From the NCBI GenBank assembly GCA_964057225.1, contig OZ059896.1:2852001-2916000 (forward strand): a stretch of 64,000 bases of DNA. Direction: 5' to 3'. A program made the translations under genes and the position numbers. Position 1 is the first letter of the stretch, and each line of letters begins with the position of its first letter. Origin of the DNA: Auanema rhodensis. Its lineage: Eukaryota; Animalia; Nematoda. Of this stretch, positions 39,401 to 54,000 are shown piece after piece. The notes under the pieces are model-generated. The model was not told the DNA's origin, did no database searches, and saw only the letters and a list, made by a program, of their open reading frames with translations.

Positions 39401-42400
39401 TCAACATACACTAATGCATCATTTTTCAAACGATCATAACTTATTTTTGTATTAAGTGTTTCTCAATGTAGTATGATGCATTCGATGCGGATTTTTAAGC
39501 TGCGTCGATCTGTACTATCAGATTTGCGCTAGCTTGAAAATGCACCGAGATATCAACTGATATAAGTTCACACTTATATCCTCGATTTTCACCCTGAAGA
39601 ATTAATTTTTTCGTTGAATAACATTGTCCATCGTTTTTGCCTCGAGAAAAGGAATCTAAAAACATCTACTTTTCGCTAAATTATTTTGAAATTTTTCGAA
39701 AAAATTTTTGTCAAAATGTTTTTGGAAGCAATTTTGAGTGTACATGGAAACTCAACATACACTAATGCATCATTTTTCAAACGATCATAACTAATTTTTG
39801 TATTAAGCGTTTCTCAATGTAGTATAGTGCATTCGATGCGGATTTTTAAGCTGCGTCGATCTGTACTATCAGATTTGCGCTAGCTTGAAAATGCACCGAG
39901 ATATGAACTGATATAAGTTCACACTTATATCCTCGATTTTCACCCTGAAGAATTAATTTTTTCGTTGAATTACATTGTCCATCGTTTTTGCCTTGAAAAA
40001 AGGAATCTAAAAACATCTACTTTTCGCTAAATTATTTTAAAATTTTTTGAAAAAATTTTTGTCAAAATGTTTTTGGAAGCAATTTTGAGTGTACATGGAA
40101 ACTCAACATACACTATTGCATCATTTTTCAAACGATCATAACTAATTTTTGTATTAAGCTTTTCTTAATGTAGTATAGTGCATTCGATGCGGCTTTTAAG
40201 CTGCGTCGATCTGTACTATCAGATTTGCGCTAGCTTGAAAATGCACCGAGATATGAACTGATATAAGTTCACACTTATATCCTCGATTTTCACCCTGAAG
40301 AATTAATTTTTTCGTTGAATTACATTGTCCATCGTTTTTGCCTTGAAAAAAGGAATCTAAAAACATCTACTTTTCGCTAAATTATTTTGAAATTTTTCGA
40401 AAAAATTTTTGTCAAAATGTTTTTGGAAGCAATTTTGAGTGTACATGGAAACTCAACATACACTAATGCATCATTTTTCAAACGATCATAACTAATTTTT
40501 GTATTAAGCGTTTCTCAATGTAGTATAGTGCATTCGATGCGGATTTTTAAGCTGCGTCGATCTGTACTATCAGATTTGCGCTAGCTTGAAAATGCACCGA
40601 GATATGAACTGATATAAGTTCACACTTATATCCTCGATTTTCACCCTGAAGAATTAATTTTTTCGTTGAATTACATTGTCCATCGTTTTTGCCTTGAAAA
40701 AAGGAATCTAAAAACATCTACTTTTCGCTAAATTATTTTGAAATTTTTCGAAAAAATTTTTGTCAAAATGTTTTTGGAAGCAATTTTGAGTGTACATGGA
40801 AACTCAACATACACTAATGCATCATTTTTCAAACGATCATAACTTATTTTTGTATTAAGCGTTTCTCAATGTAGTATAGTGCATTCGATGCGGATTTTTA
40901 AGCTGCGTCGATCTGTACTATCAGATTTGCGCTAGCTTGAAAATGCACCGAGATATGAACTGATATAAGTTCACACTTATATCCTCGATTTTCACCCTGA
41001 AGAATTAATTTTTTCGTTGAATAACATTGTCCATCGTTTTTGCCTTGAAAAAAGGAATCTAAAAACATCTACTTTTTGCTAAATTATTTTGAAATTTTTC
41101 GAAAAAATTTTTGTCAAAATGTTTTTGGAAGCAATTTTGAGTGTACATGGAAACTCAACATACACTAATGCATCATTTTTCAAACGATCATAACTTATTT
41201 TTGTATTAAGTGTTTCTCAATGTAGTATGATGCATTCGATGCGGATTTTTAAGCTGCGTCGATCTGTACTATCAGATTTGCGCTAGCTTGAAAATGCACC
41301 GAGATATCAACTGATATAAGTTCACACTTATATCCTCGATTTTCACCCTGAAGAATTAATTTTTTCGTTGAATAACATTGTCCATCGTTTTTGCCTCGAG
41401 AAAAGGAATCTAAAAACATCTACTTTTCGCTAAATTATTTTGAAATTTTTCGAAAAAATTTTTGTCAAAATGTTTTTGGAAGCAATTTTGAGTGTACATG
41501 GAAACTCAACATACACTAATGCATCATTTTTCAAACGATCATAACTAATTTTTGTATTGAGCGTTTCTTAATGTATTATAGTGCATTCGATGCGGATTTT
41601 TAAGCTGCGTCGATCTGTACTATCAGATTTGCGCTAGCTTGAAAATGCACCGAGATATGAACTGATATAAGTTCACACTTATATCCTCGATTTTCACCCT
41701 GAAGAATTAATTTTTTCGTTGAATAACATTGTCCATCGTTTTTGCCTTGAAAAAAGGAATCTAAAAACATCTACTTTTTGCTAAATTATTTTGAAATTTT
41801 TCGAAAAAATTTTTGTCAAAATGTTTTTGGAAGCAATTTTGAGTGTACATGGAAACTCAACATACACTAATGCATCATTTTTCAAACGATCATAACTTAT
41901 TTTTGTATTAAGTGTTTCTCAATGTAGTATGATGCATTCGATGCGGATTTTTAAGCTGCGTCGATCTGTACTATCAGATTTGCGCTAGCTTGAAAATGCA
42001 CCGAGATATCAACTGATATAAGTTCACACTTATATCCTCGATTTTCACCCTGAAGAATTAATTTTTTCGTTGAATAACATTGTCCATCGTTTTTGCCTCG
42101 AGAAAAGGAATCTAAAAACATCTACTTTTCGCTAAATTATTTTGAAATTTTTCGAAAAAATTTTTGTCAAAATGTTTTTGGAAGCAATTTTGAGTGTACA
42201 TGGAAACTCAACATACACTAATGCATCATTTTTCAAACGATCATAACTAATTTTTGTATTGAGCGTTTCTTAATGTATTATAGTGCATTCGATGCGGATT
42301 TTTAAGCTGCTTCGATCTGTGTTATCAGATTTGCGCTAGCTTAAAAATGCACCGAGATATCAACTGATATAAGTTCACACTTATATCCTCGATTTTCACC

Positions 42401-45400
42401 CTGAAGAATTAATTTTTTCGTTGAATTACATTGTCCATCGTTTTTGCCTTGAAAAAAGGAATCTAAAAACATCTACTTTTCGCTAAATTATTTTAAAATT
42501 TTTTGAAAAAATTTTTGTCAAAATGTTTTTGGAAGCAATTTTGAGTGTACATGGAAACTCAACATACACTATTGCATCATTTTTCAAACGATCATAACTA
42601 ATTTTTGTATTAAGCTTTTCTTAATGTAGTATAGTGCATTCGATGCGGCTTTTAAGCTGCGTCGATCTGTACTATCAGATTTGCGCTAGCTTGAAAATGC
42701 ACCGAGATATGAACTGATATAAGTTCACACTTATATCCTCGATTTTCACCCTGAAGAATTAATTTTTTCGTTGAATTACATTGTCCATCGTTTTTGCCTT
42801 GAAAAAAGGAATCTAAAAACATCTACTTTTCGCTAAATTATTTTGAAATTTTTCGAAAAAATTTTTGTCAAAATGTTTTTGGAAGCAATTTTGAGTGTAC
42901 ATGGAAACTCAACATACACTAATGCATCATTTTTCAAACGATCATAACTAATTTTTGTATTAAGCGTTTCTCAATGTAGTATAGTGCATTCGATGCGGAT
43001 TTTTAAGCTGCGTCGATCTGTACTATCAGATTTGCGCTAGCTTGAAAATGCACCGAGATATCAACTGATATAAGTTCACACTTATATCCTCGATTTTCAC
43101 CCTGAAGAATTAATTTTTTCATTGAATAACATTGTCCATCGTTTTTGCCTCGAGAAAAGGAATCTAAAAACATCTACTTTTCGCTAAATTATTTTGAAAT
43201 TTTTCGAAAAAATTTTTGTCAAAATGTTTTTGGAAGCAATTTTGAGTGTACATGGAAACTCAACATACACTAATGCATCATTTTTCAAACGATCATAACT
43301 AATTTTTGTATTAAGCGTTTCTCAATGTAGTATAGTGCATTAGATGCGGATTTTTAAGCTGCGTCGATCTGTACTATCAGATTTGCGCTAGCTTGAAAAT
43401 GCACCGAGATATGAACTGATATAAGTTCACACTTATATCCTCGATTTTCACCCTGAAGAATTAATTTTTTCGTTGAATTACATTGTCCATCGTTTTTGCC
43501 TTGAAAAAAGGAATCTAAAAACATCTACTTTTCGCTAAATTATTTTGAAATTTTTCGAAAAAATTTTTGTCAAAATGTTTTTGGAAGCAATTTTGAGTGT
43601 ACATGGAAACTCAACATACACTAATGCATCATTTTTCAAACGATCATAACTTATTTTTGTATTAAGCGTTTCTCAATGTAGTATAGTGCATTCGATGCGG
43701 ATTTTTAAGCTGCGTCGATCTGTACTATCAGATTTGCGCTAGCTTGAAAATGCACCGAGATATGAACTGATATAAGTTCACACTTATATCCTCGATTTTC
43801 ACCCTGAAGAATTAATTTTTTCGTTGAATAACATTGTCCATCGTTTTTGCCTTGAAAAAAGGAATCTAAAAACATCTACTTTTTGCTAAATTATTTTGAA
43901 ATTTTTCGAAAAAATTTTTGTCAAAATGTTTTTGGAAGCAATTTTGAGTGTACATGGAAACTCAACATACACTAATGCATCATTTTTCAAACGATCATAA
44001 CTTATTTTTGTATTAAGTGTTTCTCAATGTAGTATGATGCATTCGATGCGGATTTTTAAGCTGCGTCGATCTGTACTATCAGATTTGCGCTAGCTTGAAA
44101 ATGCACCGAGATATCAACTGATATAAGTTCACACTTATATCCTCGATTTTCACCCTGAAGAATTAATTTTTTCGTTGAATAACATTGTCCATCGTTTTTG
44201 CCTCGAGAAAAGGAATCTAAAAACATCTACTTTTCGCTAAATTATTTTGAAATTTTTCGAAAAAATTTTTGTCAAAATGTTTTTGGAAGCAATTTTGAGT
44301 GTACATGGAAACTCAACATACACTAATGCATCATTTTTCAAACGATCATAACTAATTTTTGTATTAAGCGTTTCTCAATGTAGTATAGTGCATTCGATGC
44401 GGATTTTTAAGCTGCGTCGATCTGTACTATCAGATTTGCGCTAGCTTGAAAATGCACCGAGATATCAACTGATATAAGTTCACACTTATATCCTCGATTT
44501 TCACCCTGAAGAATTAATTTTTTCGTTGAATAACATTGTCCATCGTTTTTGCCTCGAGAAAAGGAATCTAAAAACATCTACTTTTCGCTAAATTATTTTG
44601 AAATTTTTCGAAAAAATTTTTGTCAAAATGTTTTTGGAAGCAATTTTGAGTGTACATGGAAACTCAACATACACTAATGCATCATTTTTCAAACGATCAT
44701 AACTAATTTTTGTATTAAGCGTTTCTCAATGTAGTATAGTGCATTCGATGCGGATTTTTAAGCTGCGTCGATCTGTACTATCAGATTTGCGCTAGCTTGA
44801 AAATGCACCGAGATATCAACTGATATAAGTTCACACTTATATCCTCGATTTTCACCCTGAAGAATTAATTTTTTCATTGAATAACATTGTCCATCGTTTT
44901 TGCCTCGAGAAAAGGAATCTAAAAACATCTACTTTTCGCTAAATTATTTTGAAATTTTTCGAAAAAATTTTTGTCAAAATGTTTTTGGAAGCAATTTTGA
45001 GTGTACATGGAAACTCAACATACACTAATGCATCATTTTTCAAACGATCATAACTAATTTTTGTATTGAGCGTTTCTCAATGTAGTATAGTGCATTAGAT
45101 GCGGATTTTTAAGCTGCGTCGATCTGTACTATCAGATTTGCGCTAGCTTGAAAATGCACCGAGATATGAACTGATATAAGTTCACACTTATATCCTCGAT
45201 TTTCACCCTGAAGAATTAATTTTTTCGTTGAATTACATTGTCCATCGTTTTTGCCTTGAAAAAAGGAATCTAAAAACATCTACTTTTCGCTAAATTATTT
45301 TGAAATTTTTCGAAAAAATTTTTGTCAAAATGTTTTTGGAAGCAATTTTGAGTGTACATGGAAACTCAACATACACTAATGCATCATTTTTCAAACGATC

Positions 45401-48400
45401 ATAACTAATTTTTGTATTGAGCGTTTCTCAATGTAGTATAGTGCATTAGATGCGGATTTTTAAGCTGCGTCGATCTGTACTATCAGATTTGCGCTAGCTT
45501 GAAAATGCACCGAGATATGAACTGATATAAGTTCACACTTATATCCTCGATTTTCACCCTGAAGAATTAATTTTTTCGTTGAATAACATTGTCCATCGTT
45601 TTTGCCTTGAAAAAAGGAATCTAAAAACATCTACTTTTTGCTAAATTATTTTGAAATTTTTCGAAAAAATTTTTGTCAAAATGTTTTTGGAAGCAATTTT
45701 GAGTGTACATGGAAACTCAACATACACTAATGCATCATTTTTCAAACGATCATAACTTATTTTTGTATTAAGTGTTTCTCAATGTAGTATGATGCATTCG
45801 ATGCGGATTTTTAAGCTGCGTCGATCTGTACTATCAGATTTGCGCTAGCTTGAAAATGCACCGAGATATCAACTGATATAAGTTCACACTTATATCCTCG
45901 ATTTTCACCCTGAAGAATTAATTTTTTCGTTGAATAACATTGTCCATCGTTTTTGCCTCGAGAAAAGGAATCTAAAAACATCTACTTTTCGCTAAATTAT
46001 TTTGAAATTTTTCGAAAAAATTTTTGTCAAAATGTTTTTGGAAGCAATTTTGAGTGTACATGGAAACTCAACATACACTAATGCATCATTTTTCAAACGA
46101 TCATAACTAATTTTTGTATTAAGCGTTTCTCAATGTAGTATAGTGCATTCGATGCGGATTTTTAAGCTGCGTCGATCTGTACTATCAGATTTGCGCTAGC
46201 TTGAAAATGCACCGAGATATGAACTGATATAAGTTCACACTTATATCCTCGATTTTCACCCTGAAGAATTAATTTTTTCGTTGAATTACATTGTCCATCG
46301 TTTTTGCCTTGAAAAAAGGAATCTAAAAACATCTACTTTTCGCTAAATTATTTTAAAATTTTTTGAAAAAATTTTTGTCAAAATGTTTTTGGAAGCAATT
46401 TTGAGTGTACATGGAAACTCAACATACACTATTGCATCATTTTTCAAACGATCATAACTAATTTTTGTATTAAGCTTTTCTTAATGTAGTATAGTGCATT
46501 CGATGCGGCTTTTAAGCTGCGTCGATCTGTACTATCAGATTTGCGCTAGCTTGAAAATGCACCGAGATATGAACTGATATAAGTTCACACTTATATCCTC
46601 GATTTTCACCCTGAAGAATTAATTTTTTCGTTGAATTACATTGTCCATCGTTTTTGCCTTGAAAAAAGGAATCTAAAAACATCTACTTTTCGCTAAATTA
46701 TTTTGAAATTTTTCGAAAAAATTTTTGTCAAAATGTTTTTGGAAGCAATTTTGAGTGTACATGGAAACTCAACATACACTAATGCATCATTTTTCAAACG
46801 ATCATAACTAATTTTTGTATTAAGCGTTTCTCAATGTAGTATAGTGCATTCGATGCGGATTTTTAAGCTGCGTCGATCTGTACTATCAGATTTGCGCTAG
46901 CTTGAAAATGCACCGAGATATGAACTGATATAAGTTCACACTTATATCCTCGATTTTCACCCTGAAGAATTAATTTTTTCGTTGAATTACATTGTCCATC
47001 GTTTTTGCCTTGAAAAAAGGAATCTAAAAACATCTACTTTTCGCTAAATTATTTTGAAATTTTTCGAAAAAATTTTTGTCAAAATGTTTTTGGAAGCAAT
47101 TTTGAGTGTACATGGAAACTCAACATACACTAATGCATCATTTTTCAAACGATCATAACTTATTTTTGTATTAAGCGTTTCTCAATGTAGTATAGTGCAT
47201 TCGATGCGGATTTTTAAGCTGCGTCGATCTGTACTATCAGATTTGCGCTAGCTTGAAAATGCACCGAGATATGAACTGATATAAGTTCACACTTATATCC
47301 TCGATTTTCACCCTGAAGAATTAATTTTTTCGTTGAATAACATTGTCCATCGTTTTTGCCTTGAAAAAAGGAATCTAAAAACATCTACTTTTTGCTAAAT
47401 TATTTTGAAATTTTTCGAAAAAATTTTTGTCAAAATGTTTTTGGAAGCAATTTTGAGTGTACATGGAAACTCAACATACACTAATGCATCATTTTTCAAA
47501 CGATCATAACTTATTTTTGTATTAAGTGTTTCTCAATGTAGTATGATGCATTCGATGCGGATTTTTAAGCTGCGTCGATCTGTACTATCAGATTTGCGCT
47601 AGCTTGAAAATGCACCGAGATATCAACTGATATAAGTTCACACTTATATCCTCGATTTTCACCCTGAAGAATTAATTTTTTCGTTGAATAACATTGTCCA
47701 TCGTTTTTGCCTCGAGAAAAGGAATCTAAAAACATCTACTTTTCGCTAAATTATTTTGAAATTTTTCGAAAAAATTTTTGTCAAAATGTTTTTGGAAGCA
47801 ATTTTGAGTGTACATGGAAACTCAACATACACTAATGCATCATTTTTCAAACGATCATAACTAATTTTTGTATTGAGCGTTTCTTAATGTATTATAGTGC
47901 ATTCGATGCGGATTTTTAAGCTGCGTCGATCTGTACTATCAGATTTGCGCTAGCTTGAAAATGCACCGAGATATGAACTGATATAAGTTCACACTTATAT
48001 CCTCGATTTTCACCCTGAAGAATTAATTTTTTCGTTGAATAACATTGTCCATCGTTTTTGCCTTGAAAAAAGGAATCTAAAAACATCTACTTTTTGCTAA
48101 ATTATTTTGAAATTTTTCGAAAAAATTTTTGTCAAAATGTTTTTGGAAGCAATTTTGAGTGTACATGGAAACTCAACATACACTAATGCATCATTTTTCA
48201 AACGATCATAACTTATTTTTGTATTAAGTGTTTCTCAATGTAGTATGATGCATTCGATGCGGATTTTTAAGCTGCGTCGATCTGTACTATCAGATTTGCG
48301 CTAGCTTGAAAATGCACCGAGATATCAACTGATATAAGTTCACACTTATATCCTCGATTTTCACCCTGAAGAATTAATTTTTTCGTTGAATAACATTGTC

Positions 48401-49370
48401 CATCGTTTTTGCCTCGAGAAAAGGAATCTAAAAACATCTACTTTTCGCTAAATTATTTTGAAATTTTTCGAAAAAATTTTTGTCAAAATGTTTTTGGAAG
48501 CAATTTTGAGTGTACATGGAAACTCAACATACACTAATGCATCATTTTTCAAACGATCATAACTAATTTTTGTATTGAGCGTTTCTTAATGTATTATAGT
48601 GCATTCGATGCGGATTTTTAAGCTGCTTCGATCTGTGTTATCAGATTTGCGCTAGCTTAAAAATGCACCGAGATATCAACTGATATAAGTTCACACTTAT
48701 ATCCTCGATTTTCACCCTGAAGAATTAATTTTTTCGTTGAATTACATTGTCCATCGTTTTTGCCTTGAAAAAAGGAATCTAAAAACATCTACTTTTCGCT
48801 AAATTATTTTAAAATTTTTTGAAAAAATTTTTGTCAAAATGTTTTTGGAAGCAATTTTGAGTGTACATGGAAACTCAACATACACTATTGCATCATTTTT
48901 CAAACGATCATAACTAATTTTTGTATTAAGCTTTTCTTAATGTAGTATAGTGCATTCGATGCGGCTTTTAAGCTGCGTCGATCTGTACTATCAGATTTGC
49001 GCTAGCTTGAAAATGCACCGAGATATGAACTGATATAAGTTCACACTTATATCCTCGATTTTCACCCTGAAGAATTAATTTTTTCGTTGAATTACATTGT
49101 CCATCGTTTTTGCCTTGAAAAAAGGAATCTAAAAACATCTACTTTTCGCTAAATTATTTTGAAATTTTTCGAAAAAATTTTTGTCAAAATGTTTTTGGAA
49201 GCAATTTTGAGTGTACATGGAAACTCAACATACACTAATGCATCATTTTTCAAACGATCATAACTAATTTTTGTATTAAGCGTTTCTCAATGTAGTATAG
49301 TGCATTCGATGCGGATTTTTAAGCTGCGTCGATCTGTACTATCAGATTTGCGCTAGCTTGAAAATGCACC
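36500..49370. repeat. Tandem higher-order duplication in Sat351, 6316 bp (18 monomers) x2; ends approximate
   Basis: Variants at offset 6316: TTTCATTGAA 36805/43121, GTATGATGC 37720/44036, CTGCTTCG 42311/48627. Confidence 0.9.
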
Positions 49371-51039
49371 GAGATATGAACTGATATAAGTTCACACTTA
49401 TATCCTCGATTTTCACCCTGAAGAATTAATTTTTTCGTTGAATAACATTGTCCATCGTTTTTGCCTTGAAAAAAGGAATCTAAAAACATCTACTTTTTGC
49501 TAAATTATCTTGAAATTTTTCGAAAAAATTTTTGTCAAAATGTTTTTGGAAGCAATTTTGAGTGTACATGGAAACTCAACATACACTAATGCATCATTTT
49601 TCAAACGATCATAACTTATTTTTGTATTAAGTGTTTCTCAATGTAGTATAGTGCATTCGATGCGGATTTTTAAGCTGCGTCGATCTGTACTATCAGATTT
49701 GCGCTAGCTTGAAAATGCACCGAGATATCAACTGATATAAGTTCACACTTATATCCTCGATTTTCACCCTGAAGAATTAATTTTTTCGTTGAATAACATT
49801 GTCCATCGTTTTTGCCTCGAGAAAAGGAATCTAAAAACATCTACTTTTCGCTAAATTATTTTGAAATTTTTCGAAAAAATTTTTGTCAAAATGTTTTTGG
49901 AAGCAATTTTGAGTGTACATGGAAACTCAACATACACTAATGCATCATTTTTCAAACGATCATAACTAATTTTTGTATTAAGCGTTTCTCAATGTAGTGT
50001 AGTGCATTCGATGCGGATTATTAAGCTGCGTCGATTTGTGTTATCAGATTTCCCCTAGCTTCAAAATGCACCGAGATATCAACTGATATAAGTTCACACT
50101 TATATCCTCGATTTTCACCCTGAAGAATTAATTTTTTCGTTGAATAACATTGTCCATCGTTTTTGCCTCGAGAAAAGGAATCTAAAAACATCTACTTTTC
50201 GCTAAATTATTTTGAAATTTTTCGAAAAAATTTTTGTCAAAATGTTTTTGGAAGCAATTTTGAGTGTACATGGAAACTCAACATACACTAATGCATCATT
50301 TTTCAAACGATCATAACTTATTTTTGTATTAAGTGTTTCTCAATGTAGTATAGTGCATTCGATGCGGATTTTTAAGCTGCGTCGATCTGTACTATCAGAT
50401 TTGCGCTAGCTTGAAAATGCACCGAGATATCAACTGATATAAGTTCACACTTATATCCTCGATTTTCACCCTGAAGAATTAATTTTTTCGTTGAATAACA
50501 TTGTCCATCGTTTTTGCCTCGAGAAAAGGAATCTAAAAACATCTACTTTTCGCTAAATTATTTTGAAATTTTTCGAAAAAATTTTTGTCAAAATGTTTTT
50601 GGAAGCAATTTTGAGTGTACATGGAAACTCAACATACACTAATGCATCATTTTTCAAACGATCATAACTAATTTTTGTATTAAGCGTTTCTCAATGTAGT
50701 ATAGTGCATTCGATGCGGATTTTTAAGCTGCGTCGATCTGTACTATCAGATTTGCGCTAGCTTGAAAATGCACCGAGATATCAACTGATATAAGTTCACA
50801 CTTATATCCTCGATTTTCACCCTGAAGAATTAATTTTTTCGTTGAATAACATTGTCCATCGTTTTTGCCTCGAGAAAAGGAATCTAAAAACATCTACTTT
50901 TCGCTAAATTATTTTGAAATTTTTCGAAAAAATTTTTGTCAAAATGTTTTTGGAAGCAATTTTGAGTGTACATGGAAACTCAACATACACTAATGCATCA
51001 TTTTTCAAACGATCATAACTAATTTTTGTATTAAGCGTT

Positions 51040-54000
51040 TCTCAATGTAGTGTAGTGCATTCGATGCGGATTATTAAGCTGCGTCGATTTGTGTTATCAG
51101 ATTTCCCCTAGCTTCAAAATGCACCGAGATATCAACTGATATAAGTTCACACTTATATCTTCGATTTTCACCCTGAAGAATTAATTTTTTCGTTGAATAA
51201 CATTGTCCATCGTTTTTGCCTTGGAAAAAGGAATCTAAAAACATCTACTTTTTGCTAAATTATTTTGAAATTTTTCGAAAAAATTTTTGTCAAAATGTTT
51301 TTGGAAGCAATGTTGAGTGTACATGGAAACTCAACATACACTAATGCATCATTTTTCAAACGATCATAACTAATTTTTGTATTAAGCGTTTCTCAATGTA
51401 GTATAGTGCATTCGATGCGGATTATTAAGCTGCGTCGATCTGTACTATCAGATTTGCGCTAGCTTAAAGATGCACCGAGATATCAACTGATATAAGTTCA
51501 CACTTATATCCTCGATTTTCACCCTGAAGAATTAATTTTTTCGTTGAATAACATTGTCCATCGTTTTTGCCTTGAAAAAAGGAATCTAAAAACATCTACT
51601 TTTTGCTAAATTATTTTGAAATTTTTCGAAAACATTTTTGTCAAAATGTTTTTGGAAGCAATTTTGAGTGTACATGGAAACTCAACATACACTAATGCAT
51701 CATTTTTCAAACGATCATAACTAATTTTTGTATTAAGCGTTTCTCAATGTAGTATAGTGCATTCGATGCGGATTATTAAGCTGCGTCGATCTGTACTATC
51801 AGATTTGCGCTAGCTTAAAGATGCACCGAGATATCAACTGATATAAGTTCACACCTATATCCTCGATTTTCACCCTGAAGAATTAATTTTTTCGTTGAAT
51901 AACATTGTCCATCGTTTTTGCCTCAAAAAAAGGAAACTAAAAACATCTACTTTTTGCTAAATTATTTTGAAATATTTCGAAAAAATTTTTGTCAAAATGT
52001 TTTTGGAAGCAATGTTGAGTGTACATGGAAACTCAACATACACTAATGCATCATTTTTCAAACGATCATAACTAATTTTTGTATTAAGCGTTTCTCAATG
52101 TAGTATAGTGCATTCGATGCGGATTATTAAGCTGCGTCGATCTGTACTATCAGATTTGCGCTAGCTTAAAGATGCACCGAGATATCAACTGATATAAGTT
52201 CACACTTATATCCTCGATTTTCACCCTGAAGAATTAATTTTTTCGTTGAATAACATTGTCCATCGTTTTTGCCTTGAAAAAAGGAATCTAAAAACATCTA
52301 CTTTTTGCTAAATTATTTTGAAATTTTTCGAAAACATTTTTGTCAAAATGTTTTTGGAAGCAATTTTGAGTGTACATGGAAACTCAACATACACTAATGC
52401 ATCATTTTTCAAACGATCATAACTAATTTTTGTATTAAGCGTTTCTCAATGTAGTATAGTGCATTCGATGCGGATTATTGAGCTGCGTCGATCTGTACTA
52501 TCAGATTTGCGCTAGCTTAAAGATGCACCGAGATATCAACTGATATAAGTTCACACCTATATCCTCGATTTTCACCCTGAAGAATTAATTTTTTCGTTGA
52601 ATAACATTGTCCATCGTTTTTGCCTCAAAAAAAGGAAACTAAAAACATCTACTTTTTGCTAAATTATTTTGAAATATTTCGAAAAAATTTTTGTCAAAAT
52701 GTTTTTGGAAGCAATGTTGAGTGTACATGGAAACTCAACATACACTAATGCATCATTTTTCAAACGATCATAACTAATTTTTGTATTAAGCTTTTCTCAA
52801 TGTAGTGTAGTGCATTCGATGCGGATTATTAAGCTGCGTCGATCTGTGTTATCAGATTTGCGTTGGCTTAAAAATGCACCGAGATATCAACTGATATAGG
52901 TTCACACTTATATCCTCGATTTTCACCCTGAAGAATTAATTTTTTCGTTGAATAACATTGTCCATCGTTTTTGCCTTGAAAAAAGGAATCTAAAAACATC
53001 TACTTTTCGCTAAATTATTTTGAAATTTTTCGAAAAAATTTTTGTCAAAATGTTTTTGGAAGCAATTTTGAGTGTACATGGAAACTCAACATACACTAAT
53101 GCATCATTTTTCAAACGATCATAACTAATTTTTGTATTAAGCTTTTCTTAATGTAGTATAGTGCATTCGATGCGGATTTTTAAGCTGCGTCGATCTGTGT
53201 TATCAGATTTGCGCTGGCTTAAAAATGCACCGAGATATCAACTGATATAGGTTCACACTTATATCCTCGATTTTCACCCTGAAGAATTAATTTTTTCGTT
53301 GAATAACATTGTCCATCGTTTTTGCCTTGAAAAAAGGAATCTAAAAACATCTACTTTTCGCTAAATTATTTTGAAATTTTTCGAAAAAATTTTTTTCAAA
53401 ATTTTTTTGGAAGCAATGTTGAGTGTACATGGAAACTCAACATACACTAATGCATCATTTTTCAAAAGATCATAACTAATTTTTGTATTAAGCGTTTCTC
53501 AATGTAGTATAGTGCGTTCAATGCGGATTATTAAGCTGCGTCGATCTGTACTATCAGATTTGCGCTAGCTTAAAGATGCACCGAGATATCAACTGATATA
53601 AGTTCATACTTATATCCTCGATTTTCACCCTGAAAAATTAATTTTTTCGTTGAATAACCTTGTCCATCGTTTTTGCCTTGAAAAAAGGAATCTAAAAACA
53701 TCTACTTTTCGCTAAATTATTTTGAAATTTTTCGAAAAAATTTTTTTCAAAATTTTTTTGGAAGCAATGTTGAGTGTACATGGAAACTCAACATACACTA
53801 ATGCATCATTTTTCAAAAGATCATAACTAATTTTTGTATTAAGCGTTTCTCAATGTAGTATAGTGCGTTCAATGCGGATTATTAAGCTGCGTCGATCTGT
53901 ACTATCAGATTTGCGCTAGCTTAAAGATGCACCGAGATATCAACTGATATAAGTTCACACCTATATCCTCGATTTTCACCCTGAAGAATTAATTTTTTCG

